Assembly (NCBI RefSeq): GCF_036321535.1 | Contig: NC_087437.1 | Location: 16,742,001 to 16,806,000 of the forward strand | Length of the DNA: 64,000 bases | Source: Camelus dromedarius | Taxonomy: Eukaryota | Direction of reading: 5' to 3' | Shown: positions 39,216 through 53,058 of the stretch, piece after piece | Position numbering within the stretch: the first letter of the stretch is position 1 | Layout of the letters: each line of letters opens with the position of its first letter | Made by a program: the position numbers and the translations under genes | The notes under the pieces: model-generated | The model's database searches: none | The model's input: only the letters and a program-made list of their open reading frames with translations | Told to the model about the DNA's origin: nothing

Positions 39216-39454
39216 TGACATAGATATCTAATTGTTGTAATAGCTTTACATATTCAGAAAATGAAGTTGGGTTGTAATTTGTCTTATGTACAGGGTCTCT
39301 GAGCTTGTCTTAATTTGCATGATGACCTTGATTATCCTCAGCCCCATCTCCATGGTTTTGTTCCCCTTTAAAAAGTACTCATGGGAATGAGGATTCTTAA
39401 TAGTTTTGTACATTTAATCAAAAATATTCATAATGTCGAACATTATCCCTATTT

Positions 39455-39915
39455 ATGTTTTGTGAAAGTTCTGTAGCCACCCCTCGCCTCATCCCTGCAT
39501 CCATTCCTGGCCCTGCTCTGTCTCCTGCAAACTGCGTATTTTGGGTCACTTTTGCTGTCTTCTGGTTGGGTCTGGCCAATGGATAGCACTGCCAGGAGGT
39601 GGGAGGGCGAAGGAGAAAGAAGTTAGGATTTCTTCCAGACTCCTTGCTTCAGCACAGTAACTGTGTTTCTCTGTGAACAGCTTCTGCTGGATAGCCCCTT
39701 CTCCACAGTTGTAGTGTCTATGGGGGTCCTGTAACTCTTTTTCTCCCATTGTTTTTGGCCCTGGGGACTGTAACAGTATCTTTCTGTCACTCATCCCCTG
39801 TGCCTCCCATTCCTTTGTCTGTTCCCTTAACTTGCCCACAACTCTACACGTAGTTATTTCATGAAAAGTTGGTATGGGTGACTTCTTTTTCCTGTGGGGA
39901 CCCTACCCTGACTGA
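39455..39915. mobile_element. LTR33-like ERVL solo LTR
   Basis: cttctggttgggtctggccaatgg...caggaggtgggagggcgaaggagaaagaagttagg...ttcctgtggggaccctaccctgactga. Confidence 0.6.
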
Positions 39916-42900
39916 GTTTTATCAGAAGCTTTAATAAAAGCTTTGACAGGAATATAAATTAAGTCTATACCAAGAGAACTGCAAACAACAAAATTATAAT
40001 TATGAGTTAGTGGACATTTATACTTCCTTCCCTTAAATGTAAGGAGAAATTTTATTTCTGTATAAGAAGTGAATATGTGGAGTCTTTTGGAAAAAGATGA
40101 CAGACTCAGACATTTTCTTCCCATTATTTTCCAAACTCCTCTGAAGTTAAAACATAGAAATTTATAAGTAATAAACCCATGAAAGTGAATGGAACAGCAG
40201 AGAGGAGTGAAGGACAGAAAAATCAGTGTACAAGAGATGTAGTATTTCCTTAATTTAAGAACTCTGGAGTCTGGGTGAGGGATATACAAGAATTGTTTCT
40301 ACTATTTCTGTGACTTTTCCATAATTTTAAAAATATTTCAAAATGAAAACTTTGTATATATATGATATATGTACATACATACATTATATTTAAATTTTTA
40401 TTTGACTATATATTCAAATAAGAAAACAACATGTTACATACAAAGGATCAAAATGGCACTAGATTTCTCAGCAGTAACAATGGGGATCTGAAAGCAGTGA
40501 ATCAATAATATCAACATTTTGAGGGAAAATTACTTTCAGTACAGAATTTTGAACCCAAACTGTCAATCAAGTTATAAGTTTAAAATAAAGATTTCAAAAC
40601 TTGGAGAAAAAAAAAAAAAAAGATGTGGTACCTCTCGAAGACAGAAAGCAAAAGCAGGCTGAGGAGGCTGCAGTCCAGAACGAGGGGCTATGATGGGCTG
40701 CTGTGGAGAAGTGAGCTGCTCTGTTCCACTCTGCTCATTAGGGTCCCAGAGAGGCTGTAAACCCCAAGTCGGCAGATCTGACAAGAAGTATTAGAAATGG
40801 GAGACCCCTGAAGGTTGGTGTGCAGAACAGCTGACCAGCTGACTCCTTACCTGGTTCCCACATGCAAAGTGCAGCCTGACATGTTAACAAAACAAACAAT
40901 AAAGCATGTTAAGACAAATCCCAATAGAGGAATGTCCTGGATAGTGTCTGACAAGTACCCCTCAAACTGTCAAGGTCATCAGAAACCAGGGAAGTCTGAA
41001 AACCTGTCATAGCCAAAAGGATTCTGAAGGGGCACAACAACTAAATGTAATACAGGATTCTAGAGCAGAAAAAAGACATCAGTGAAAACTAAGAAAATGT
41101 GAATAAAGGGTGGCCTTTAATAATAGTAATAATAATGTATCAATATTAGTTTATTAATTATAACAAATGCTAATGTAATAAAATATTAATAATTGGGGAA
41201 ACTGGGTGCAGGGTATATGGGAACTCTTTACTCTCAATTTTTCTGTAAGTCTAAAATTGCCCTTTAAAAAGTCTTTTTTAAAAAAACTACTATATTCAGA
41301 AAGCATATATAGAACAAGAATAGAATCTTATTAAAACAGAATGCCAACACAAGAAAGAGCTGTCTGAATTTTAAAACATAAGTACCAAAACTTAAAATTT
41401 CAACATAAGGCCTGGAAACTGAAGTTTAAGGATATCTGTGGCACACACGTGCACACATGGGAGACAGAGACAGAAGAGACATAAAGGACCAGTTCAGGAA
41501 TTTCAATATCTAACTAACTGGAGTCTGGGGAAGAAGAAGGGTGAAAATAGAGAGAAGGAAATCATCAAAGAAATAATACAGGGTGCAAAGAATTGGAAGG
41601 ACTGGAGTGATGGGATGGGTCCAAAGACCAGGAGCCCAGTGGGATTCCTTGGGGTTCCTGTCCCTTTCCTGGGGAAACACAGCATGCCTGTGTAACCATC
41701 ATCTGATCAAATACAGAATGTGACCCTCCCACCCAAATCTCTTATGTATCCTCCAGTCACTGCCCACAGAATCAGAGAAATAATACAGAATATAAGAAGT
41801 CTTTTGGTTGAAAGGAGTGCCACACACAATGAATTTTTAAAAGATATATATAAACAAGTCCTCTTGAAATTTTAGAAAAGCACTGAACTCTTCCAGAGAG
41901 AAAAACCAGGTCACCTTAATAGGAAAAAGAATCGGGGTGGTATTAGATTCTCGTTGGCAACTCTGTGGAAATGGATTTGAACTCAGATTTCTATATCCTG
42001 CCAAGCAATCAATTGGATATGAGGTTAGAATAAAGACATTTTAAAACTCTGAAAGCTTATCTCCTATTTTCTTAGAGAGTTACTTGAATATATACTACAG
42101 CAAATTAAGTAAACCAAGAAGGAGGAATGCATGAGATCCAGGAAACAGTAGATTCAATCCAGAGAAGCAGTGGAAGAAAGTTCCCAGGTTGGCACCTAAA
42201 GAGCAGCCAGCCCGGAATAGAGAAGGTGGAGGATTTATCTAGAGTTCTCCATAAAGGGAGGTAGGAGTGAGGAAGGATTCCATGCAATAGTAGTTATATC
42301 AGAAAACAGGGTTACTGGAGAGCATAATGAAGGCACAGCATTCTGTATCAGCAAGCTAAAGAAAAGCAATTAGAAACTCCAAGAAAAATGAAAAAACTGT
42401 GTAAAACAGTCTTGTATAAACAGGCAGCAACCTGAAATATGGCATGATTATAAACAACTGATGGAGGGTAAGAAAAGAAGGCTCATTTAACCTCAATGCC
42501 TGGAACATTCTCCTTTGAATGCCCCAAAGGATCTGACATTGGAACAGTAAGAAATGAGATGCATTCCTTCCATACTGCTTAACCTAGCATTCAACAGTAT
42601 TTATGTAGTCAAAATATCATAAAACATTTTAATGTATAGCACCTAAAATCACCCTATGGATAAACTATAGAAAATTTTACTATGGTTGCAGAACAGTATT
42701 TTTAAAACCTGAATACTGTAAAAGTCAAAATATTGCCAACAAAATGAAAGGAGAAAAAAGGGAGAAAAGAAGATAAGGATAAGGGTGCTGTTATCATCAG
42801 TCTGTGTGAAGGGAAATTAAGGCACTAAGATGAATGAAGTGAGAAACAAACTTATAAGTAGATGATTTGCAGTTTACAAAGATAACCAATACAAGAACTA

Positions 42901-44094
42901 AAAATCTTAAACCTCAAGTACTGGGTAAGACAAGTAAGGTAGGACAGAATAAATGAGCTAAATCCTCATCTTTCCTAGCAAAGAATAATAAATATTGTCT
43001 AAAGTTGATAAAGCTGTAAAGAAAAGTAATTCAAACACAATATTAATTATATTTAAATTATAATTAAATTTATGTTTCATTATAGACATAAGCAAAAATA
43101 TATATATATAAATGATTAAAAAGAAGTTGGGCTAAAGATGCATAAATGGGGTAGGTTGGTAGAATGTTTCTTTCCATCATAAGTTCTTATATACTCCTTG
43201 ATTTTATACCATGTATATATATAATTTTTTAATTTTTTATTTTGGAGAATTGTGAGCATATACAAATACAGAGTAATCTACTGAACCACCATGTACCTAT
43301 CACCTACCCCCCGATAATGATCAGAAATTAAAGAGATAGAGAATTAAAAAGCAGTAGCATTTTTAATAAATTGAAATCTTGATATGAGGAAAACATTAAC
43401 AAAGTAGACCAATGATTAGCTAATTTGATCAAGAAAAAGGAGAAAGCACTAATATACAAAATAAGAAATGACAAGGAGGAACAGAAGACATTTTTATAAA
43501 ATCATTAAAGACTATTTTGCAGACCTCTGAAAAGCTAGATGAAATGGATATTTTCCTAGGAAAACACATATGACCAAAATTGACCCCATTTTATTTAGAC
43601 TAATTTAATCTAATTTCCTTAGAAGAAGTAGAGATACTTATTAAGGAACTACCCCACAGAAAGCACCAGGCCCAGCTAGTTTCACATTCTGTGAAACCCT
43701 CAAAGACCTGATAGCCCTAATGCTTAATAAATTATTCTGGATAATTGAAAGGGAGGAAAACACCATAGCTCCTTTTATGAATAAGTGTAATACTGGTATG
43801 TAAACCAGGTAAAGACAGTACAAAAAAGAAAACTGCAAATTAATATAATTCATGATAATGATGAAAAGTAGTAAGTGAAGTATTACCAAACAGAAAGCAC
43901 ATAACCTAGTTGGATTTATTCCAGGAAGTCAAGATTGGTTCACTATTAGGATCTTTATTAATGTCATATATCTAAGAAAAAAAATCATGATTGTCTCAAT
44001 AGATGCTGAAATAACTTTGGACAAAATTTAACAACTGTTCATTTAAAAAACGCTCAAGAAAATAGGTATTTGAGATACATTTTTAACATGATTT

Positions 44095-44122
44095 TATATA
44101 TATATGTATGTATATATGTATA

Positions 44123-44171
<49 letters not shown>

Positions 44172-44182
44172 GCATACATACA
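44095..44182. repeat. (TA)n/(CA)n compound microsatellite
   Basis: tatatatatatgtatg...cacacacacacacaca... Confidence 0.95.
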
Positions 44183-44639
44183 CCTTAGTGCTTAAAGCAG
44201 GTACCTTATTTAATGGGAAAATATTAGCGGCATTTCCACTAAGATCAGAAACAAAGCAAGGATGCCTGCTATCTCCACTACTATTCAGAATTGTGCTGGA
44301 GTAGTTATACAAGAGAAAACAATTAGAGGCATAAGAGTGATTGAAGAAGTAGAAGTATCTATTCATAAAGGACATGACAGTAAACCTGGAAAACTAAGAG
44401 AATCGATGATAAAACTCAACCAATAAAAGATTTCAGTAAAACAGAGGGAAATAAAACTAACATACAAAATCAACAGATCTTCCATTTCTGACCAAGATGG
44501 AGTAACTGGGACTGGATTTACCTTCCCACTGAAACAACAAAAAATATCAGGGAAGAATTTAAAACAATGGTTTTCAAGATGCTGAACATCTGGCAACAAA
44601 AGATAGTGATTCCTGAGAAGGTGAGCTTTATGATTGTCC

Positions 44640-45200
44640 CATGCCAGAAAGGCCACCCATGTGATTAGAGGTTGAGACTTTCAACCAGTTGCTATCAGCC
44701 TGACCTCCAAAGAGGGGAGGGAGCCTAGAGATTGAATTCAGTCATGTGGCCAATAATTCAATAATGCCTACATAATGAAACCCAATAAAAAAAAAAAACA
44801 AAACTCTGGACACTGAAGCACGATTGAGCTCCCCTGGCTAATGATACACAGTGATGTGCTGGGAGGGTGACGTGTCTTGAGGACACAGAAGCTCCATGTT
44901 TCGGACCTTCCCAGACCTTGCCCTGTGCATCTCTTCTTTGGCTTGTCCTGGTTTGTATCCTTTATATTAGAATGGTAATCATAATTTGGTACTTTTGTCA
45001 GTTCTCTGGGTCATTTGGGAAAATTATTGAATCTGAGGGAATAATGGAAACCCCCAAATTTATAGCCAGTTAGTCAGAAACATGGGTGGCCTGGGAACCT
45101 GAGAGTTATGTCTGAAGTGCGAGGAGCCTAGTAGAGGGCTGTGCCTTTACCTGTGAAATCTGCACTATCTCTGGATAGTTGGTGCTGAAATTGCATTGCA
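44640..45200 (+). mobile_element. MER21-like LTR within the L1 block
   Basis: catgtgattagaggttg...catgtggccaataattcaat...aactctggacactgaagc...ccttcccagaccttgccctgtgcatctctt. Confidence 0.65.
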
Positions 45201-46307
45201 GGGGAACAGGAAAATTATTTGAAGAGATGATGGCCCCAGATTTTCTGTACGTGATAAAAACTATGAACTCACAAACCCAAGATGCTCAATTAGCCCAAAG
45301 CACAAGAAACACAAAGAAAATTATACCAGGATATATCACAATAAAGTGGCTCAAAACCAATAATAAAAAGAAAGTTTGGAAAGCAGCAAGAGAAAATAGT
45401 CACATTTCATAGAGTGAAACAAAGATGACAGTGGATTTCATGTCAGAAAAATCCAAGCCGGAAGACACTGGAGCAACATCTTTAAAGTACTGAAAGAAAA
45501 GAACTATCAACCTAGAATACTATACCGAGAGAAAATATGTTCCAATAATAAGGGTGAATTAAAGATTTTTTTGGACATAGAAAAGCTGAAAGAATTCAAC
45601 ACCAGCAGAAATGCACTACAAGACATGTGTTTTGTTTGTTTGTTTTTAAAGTTGTTTAGGCAAGGAAGAAAATAATACCAGATGGAAATACAAAGCTACA
45701 CAAAGAAATGAGCTCCAGAAATGGTAACTACATGGATAAATGTATGTGATTTTTTATTATTTGCATCTCTTTAGAAGGCAATTAACTCTTTAAACAAAAC
45801 TATCAACAATATATTATGGTGTTTCTAACATATGTTTAAGTACAATTTGACAGCAGTAGCATAAAGACTGGGAGAAGAGAAATGGATGTGTATCGTTATG
45901 GTTCACATATAATCCACGAAGTGGTATAACATCTCTTGAAAGTAGATTGTAGTAAATTAGAGATCTGTGTTGTATCCTCTGATGCACCACTAAAATAACA
46001 AAGAGTTATAGCTAATAAGCCCAAAAAAGAAATAAAATGAAAGAATCATAAAGAACATTCAGTTAACCAAAAAGGAGGCAGAAAAGGAAGGGGAAAAAAA
46101 GAACAAAGAATGGATGGGACAAATAGCAAGATGGTAGATTTAAACCTAACCATCTCAGTAGTCACATTACATATAAGTGGTGTGAATACCCCCAGAAGGC
46201 AAAGATTAGACAAAAAAGCAAGACCCAAATATCTGTGTCCTGAAATAAATATAAAGGCACGAATACGTTAAAAGATACACTATGCTAACATTGATCAGAA
46301 GAAAGCT

Positions 46308-48400
46308 CTTACAAATAAATGGAAAGACATTCCAAGTTCATGGATTAAAAGACTTAATATTATTAAATGACCATAGTAGCTAGAATAATCTATAGATCAA
46401 TGCAATCTCTATCAAAATCCCAGTGGCCCCATTCCCCAGCCCCTGGCAACTACCATTTCTATTCTCTGCATCTATGAGTTTAACTATTTTAGATACTTCA
46501 TATTAAGTAGAATCATGGAGATGTTGTTCAGTGGGTATAAAATTTCAATTATTCAAGACAAATAAGTTTTAGAGATCTGCTCTACAACATAGTGCCTATC
46601 ATTAATAATACTGTGCACTTAAAATTTTGTTAGAAGGTAAATCTTATGTAAAGCTTTCTTACCAAAAAAGAAAAAGAAAAAAGAAACAAAAAGAGAAGCA
46701 GCACAGGGAACCGGTCGGAGATGATGGATATGCCTGTTACCTTGATTGTGGTGATGGTTTCCTAGGTGCATGCCTATGTCCAAGCTTATCAAATTGTATA
46801 TATTTAAAATGTGTAATTTTTGTATATTAGTTATGCCTCAATAAAGTTGTTTAAAAATACCAGTGATATTTTTTGCAGGAATAGAAAAAGCAATCCCAAA
46901 TTCTTATGGAATTGTAAAGGACTTTGAATAGCCAAAACAATCCTGAGAAAGGAGAACAAAGCTGGAAGCCTCACACTTTCTGACTTCAAAACATATTACA
47001 AACTACAGCAATCAAAACAGTACGGTACTGAGAAAAATATGATACTGGCATAAACACAGACATATAGACCAATGGAACAGAATAGAGAGCCCAGAAATAA
47101 ATTCTTGCTTTTATGGTCAAATGATCTTCAGCATGGGTACCAAGGGTACACAGTGGGGAAAGGATAGTCTCCAACAAATGATGTTGGGAAAACTAGATAT
47201 CCACATGCAAAGGAAAGAAGTTAGAACTTATCTTACCCCATATACTAACATTAACTCAAAATGGAATAAAGACCCAAACTTAAGACCTGAAGCTATAAAA
47301 CTCCTGGAAGAAAACGTAGGGGAAAAGCTTCATGGCTAGACTTGGCAGTGATTTTATGGCTATGACATGAAAAGCACAGGCGACAAAAGGAAAGATAGAG
47401 AAATGAGATTATACTGAACTTCAAAACTTCCCAGCAAAGAAACAGTCAGCACAGTAAAAGGCAACCTACAGAATGGAAAAAAAAAAAATTTTGCAAGCAT
47501 ATGTGATAAGGGGTAATATCCAGAATATATAGAGAACTCTTGTGAGTCAATAACAATAGCAACCTCATTTTAAAATGGGCAAAGGACTTGAATAGACATT
47601 TCTCCAAAGAAGATACAGTGTCTAACAAGTATATGAAAAAATGTTCAACATCACTAAGTAGGCAGGGGAATGCAAACCAAAACCACAATGAAATTCCACG
47701 TCACCCATTAGTATGGCCACTATTTAAAAAAAAAAAAAAGCAGAAAACGAAAGTGTTGGTGAGGATGTAGATAAGTTGAGATATTGATAGGAATGTAAAT
47801 GATACAGCCACTGTGGAAAATAATATGCGGTTTCCTTAAAAAGTTAAAAAGGAGAACTACCATATCATCAGCAATACCACTCCGTGGTGTATATCCAAAA
47901 GAACTGAAAACAGAATCTCAAAGACATATCTGAACACTCATGTTGATAGCATTATTCACAATAGCCAAGAAGTGGAAGCAACCTAAATGTCTTCATTGGA
48001 TGAATGGATAAAGAAAATGTGGTATATACATACAATGGAATATTGTTCATCTTTTTAAAAAAGGAAAATTCTGTCACATGCAACAACATAGATGAACCTT
48101 GAGAACATTATGCTAAGGGAACTAAGCCAATCACAAAGAGACATATACTGCATGACTCCACTCCTATGAGGTATCTAATATAGTCAAACTCGTGCAGATG
48201 GAAGGAAGAATGGTGGTTGCCAGGGGATGGAGGGAGAGTGAGGTAAGGAGTCGTGGTCTGTTGGGCAGGATTGAGGAGGGGGCACCTGGGGATCTGTTGC
48301 ACAACAGTGTACAAGTGGTTGACAATATTGTACTGTGCACTTGGAAGTTGCTGGGAGGACGAACCTTATGTTATGTGGGGTTTTTTGCCACAAAAAGAAA
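46308..48400 (+). mobile_element. L1 (MA/MB-type) ORF2 3' part and 3' end inserted into the endonuclease region of an older L1
   Basis: Host reads ...gatcagaagaaagct [insert] gggtggctatattaatgtcagacaaagtag (the QKKA-GVAILxSDKV endonuclease motif is split). Confidence 0.75.
46426..46853 (+). mobile_element. L1MA-type 3' end with 5' inversion, nested inside the previous L1
   Basis: Inverted part 46426-46515, sense part 46516-46853; TSD aaaatcccagtg (46414-46425) / aaaataccagtg (46854-46865). Confidence 0.8.
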
Positions 48401-50678
48401 AGAAAAGTCTGGGTGGCTATATTAATGTCAGACAAAGTAGTTTTTAGAGCAAATAATATTGCTAGGGAATGATAAAGGGATTGATTTATCAAGAGGTCAT
48501 AACAATTCTAAATGTTCATGTACCTAATAACAGACCTTCAAAATGCATGAAGCAAAATCTGATAGAACTACAGGGATAAAGTCACAATTATAGTTGTAAG
48601 TTTCCATGTGCTGTTCTCAATAAAAAATAGAACAAGTAGAAAGACAATCCGTAAGGATATAGAACACTTGAATAAGACTATCAACCAATGTGACCTAATT
48701 GACATTTACATTACACTTCACCCAGCAACAGAATAATACACATTTCTTTTCACATGTACACAGAATATTTACCAAATAGATTATATTCTGGGCTGTAGAA
48801 CAAATCTCAACAAATTTTAAATATTCAGCTCATAAAATATGTTCTCTGACTTTAATGGAATTAAATTAGAAATAGTAACAGATCTGTGGAAAAACTGCAA
48901 ATGTTTGATAACTAAATAACACTTCTGAATAACTCATGGGTCAAAGAAGAAGAAATGAAAAGGAAAATCAGGAAATATTTTAGGAAAAATTAGGAAGTAC
49001 ATTAAATTAGGAAAATTAAAACACAACATACCAAAATTTGGGGGATGCTGCTAAAACTGTGTTTGATAAGTGAGTTCAGCAAGGTTACAGATACATGATC
49101 AATATACAGAACTCAATTTTCTTTCTATATACCAGCAACAAATAACTGGAAGTTGGAATCACTTAAATACCATTTATAATACCACCTCAAAATTTTAAAT
49201 ACTTGGAGATGAATCTGACAAAAGATGTGCAAGACTTGTATACTGAAAACAGTACAACATTGCTGAGAGAAAGAAGATTTATATAAAGGGAGAGATACAT
49301 CTTTATGGATGGGAAGACTCTGTATTATTAAGATGTCAAATCTACATTAGCTTTGACTCTTAGAATCATAGTAATGTTTCACATACTCTCCTTCCAAGAA
49401 GTAAATAATGAATTAAAATCAACCAAGACCTGTAGGAAAAAGAAAAACAAAACAGAATATAAATAGTAACAAATGAACTGAACTGTATTACTGATGGATA
49501 ACATAGCCACATTAAGGAGGATAAAGGAAGATAAGGAAAGAGCTAACCTAAGTGACCTTGGAAAACAATATTTTAACTGGGTACTCTTAAGACTAAAGAC
49601 AAAAGGAACTGTACACAAATACTGTAGTCTAGTTAGTAAGTTACTTTCTCAGTGGGGTATGGGTTGGAAATTCTGTTAAAGTTACTAAAGAAAGGGGGAA
49701 GGCAACAATGAACTTTGTAGTATGGAATTGGAATCAGTTATCTGTATTATTACATAGTTTTTAATATATATAAATAGATAAAGAAAGAAATACAGGTAAA
49801 TGTGTGTGCATGGACTGGTATCTATACATGTATTCCTAGTTCTGCCTGCTAAGAGGCTCCAGTAACAATGACACCCCAGTAGTAATGAGCACACCTAGCC
49901 CCCAGACTTGGTTTCTAAATACCATTCTGCAATAAAAGGAATGTTGCTTGGAAAAAAGATTCATTCTAGGGCTGAAGCAAGGAAAATATAAGATGAGCCT
50001 TTTACCCTCTTATGATACCAGAAAATATAGAAGTACTCACAAAAGAATAGGGCATGTCAAGAGGACACAATGACCAAATGACCAAATGTTCCCAGTGACC
50101 AAAGCTAGCTCATGGGTCAGAGAAAATAATAATATTACTTTATGATACTTTTGATATGATATAATCTAATACAATAGTAGTATTGGATTATAAACACTAG
50201 AATAAAATAAATACCCATGAGTCTATACTGACGTAAATTGAACAAACAAATAACACAGGCAAGAAAGAACAGCTCTTCCTTATAGAAGTCCAGTTAATAA
50301 ATGCAGGGGAAATAAGGGAAAAAACGAAATGACTGCTAAGTAAACACCACATCATAAATGCCACCGTCAAGTTCCATCAATGACTGATAAATCAGTGGTC
50401 AAATGTTTGCAGAGAAACAGGATATTAGCAGAGTCTCAAAGTATCTACCCCACAATATTTATCAATTATTAAGTGCCGCCAGCAGTATGAGCTGTGTGTG
50501 CCTGTGTGAGTGTGCGTGTGCATGTATAAGCTCCCTCCCTGGATGCATGGAGCATAATAAAGTTTTCCTAACCAAAATAATAATAGTAATAACAACAACA
50601 AAAACAACAACAACTTTATGGTGGTAAATCCAGCAAATAGCACTTCAGCTAAGTGTGTTCAGAAATTAACACCACAAG

Positions 50679-51605
50679 CAATTTTCCAGTGAAAACATAC
50701 AAATGGCCAATAGGCACATGAAAAAATGCTCAATATCACTAATTATCAGAGAAATGCAAATCAAAACTGCAATGAGGTATCACCTCACACCAGTCAGAAT
50801 GGCCATCATTCAAAAGTCCACAAATGATAAATGCTGGAGAGGGTGTGGGGAAAAGGGAACCCTCCTACACTGCTGGTGGGAATGCAGTTTGGTGCAGCCA
50901 TTGTGGAAAACAGTATGGAGATTCCTCAAAAGACTAAAACAGATTTACCATATGATCCAGCAGTCCCACTCCTGGGCATATATTTAGGGGGAACCTTAAT
51001 TCAAAAAGATACCAGCACCCCCAATGTTCATAGCAGCATTATTTACAATAGCCAAGACATGGAAACAACCTAAATGTCCATTGACAGATGACTGGATAAA
51101 GAAGTTGTGGTATATTTGTACGATGGAATACTACTCAGCCATAAAAATGATAAAATAATGCCATTTGCAGCAATATGAATGGCCCTGGAGAATGTCATTC
51201 TAAGTGCAGTAAGCCAGAAAGAGAAAAAAAAATACCATATGATATCACTCGTATGTGGAATCTAAAAAAAAAAAAAAAGACGAATAAACTTATATATAAA
51301 ACAAAAAGAGACTCACAGACATAAAATACAAACTTATGGTTACCAGGTGGGAAGGGGGTGGGAAGGGATAAACTGGGAGTTCGAGATTTGCAGATACTGA
51401 CTGGTATATATCAAATAGATAAACAAGTTTATACTGTATAGCTCAGGGAAATATATTCAGTATCTTGTGAAAATATCTTTTACAGTGAAAAGAATATGGA
51501 AATGAATATATGTATATTCATGTATGACTGAAGCATTGTGCTGTGTACCAGAAATTGACACAACATTGTAAACTGACTATACTTCAATAAAAAATAAATT
51601 TAAAA
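50679..51605 (+). mobile_element. Relatively young 5'-truncated L1 retaining the ORF2 Cys-rich C-terminus
   Basis: ORF 50703-50987 ...[19 protein letters not shown]...; TSD aaattaacaccacaag (50663-50678) / aagttaacaccacaag (51606-51621). Confidence 0.9.
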
Positions 51606-52983
51606 AAGTTAACACCACAAGTTGTAGAAAATATCAACATCACATACTCTTTTATGACTGAAAAGGACACAACATCACTTCTGTGGTATACCTACTAAAA
51701 GTGTGTAACTTTTTAGCCATAGGAAAATACCAAAGATTATTTGTCTCTCAATATTCTCACATTAAGAGACAAAATTCTACAGAATAACTGACCAGAACTC
51801 ATTAAAGTGTCAAAATCATGAATTATAAGAGAGGACCAAAGAACTGCCACAGATTAGGAGAGACCAATGAAACAAAAGAGCTAATTACTGTTGCGATCCT
51901 GGAACAGAAAAAGACACTGGGGAAAAGCTGGTAAAATTTGAATAAGGTCTGTAGTTTAGTATTATATGAATGTTCATTTTCTACTTTTGATCATTGTATT
52001 GTAGTTTGTAAGTTGTTACCATTATGGGAAGCTAAGGAGGACATAGGAAATCTCTCTGTAATATTTTGCAACTTTCCTGTAAGTCTAAAATTATTTTCAA
52101 GTAAGAAGTTAAGAAAATAGTAAAGGTCCATTGGTTTTAGACTATGTTGGTAGGTATGTATAACTAACTGCTCTGAAGAAACAAAGAAAAGAGATATAAC
52201 TGATGTCTGTCCATTCATGCCTAGCCAATTAATAGGTTATATCTATGTTAGCATTGCTGTTGCCTCCAGTTATTAAATTAATAGTAATTATCTCTGTTAG
52301 GTTCTCTAGGCTCATTCAGAGCACTTTAAAAACCTAATTAGAAAATAAAAACAGTATTTCAAGGTTTTAATATTCTAATAGTCTTTCATGAGAATAAGAT
52401 ATCAGATTTTAAAATAAATAAAATCCTAAACTGAAAACAGATCTATCAGCACAGTTATTTTGATGAACATTAACTGGCTCACACAACTTAACACAGACAA
52501 ATTTAAAACTATTTGGCTACATGGCTGGTTTTTTTTTTTTTTTCCAAAAATTTCCCATGTCTGTAGCTTGAGAAAGAATCATTCCAATTGGTTTGTGTCT
52601 ATTATCCTTTCTGTGTAAATTTCACTTAGCAACCCCACCAAGATCTGTGAGATGAATTTCACTGACATGAAAGTTAGAATTACAGTACATACCTCTCAGA
52701 CATTTGAGTCACAAATCACCAAATATAGCTAAATTAAATTTACTTTTTAAGTAAATTTATTGATATATTCTGTACATATTGGAAAGCACACATAACGTAT
52801 GGTTGTGAAATATTTGAATTTAAAACGTATTAATTAAATTTTAAGTACATTGTTCAATGTTCTAGCGAGTTTGCTCAACTGGCAATTATTCTACAAAAGG
52901 GGAAAATTTCTGTAGGTGTCTTGGGTTTTTTGGGGGGTTTTTGTATGTGCATTAATGTAGTTTTTGGTTTTGTTCTTTTTTAG

Positions 52984-53058
52984 GATGTGGTGGATACACA
53001 TCCTGGCCTCACGTTCCTGAAAGATGCTCCAGAATTCCACTCCCGCTACATCACCACG
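52984..53058 (+). CDS. PPP2R3A: Coding exon (DVVDTHPGLTFLKDAPEFHSRYITT)
   Basis: Acceptor ttgttctttttt ag|GAT, donor ACG|gtaggc; 75 nt; conserved B'' HPGLxFL motif. Confidence 0.95.

Larger units (their letters stand above)
40420..52120 (+). mobile_element. Composite block of nested, mostly sense L1 remnants (L1ME/MD/MC/MB/MA-like and younger) plus an LTR
   Basis: Degenerate ORF1 and ORF2 (endonuclease, RT, C-terminal) and 3' UTR segments; ORF track peptides such as 44104, 47121, 47588 and 50703 are L1 ORF2 relics. Confidence 0.85.

Noticed and set aside
50703..51073. ORFs with a Cys-rich motif
   Set aside because: L1 ORF2 C-terminal relic with a frameshift, not a host gene
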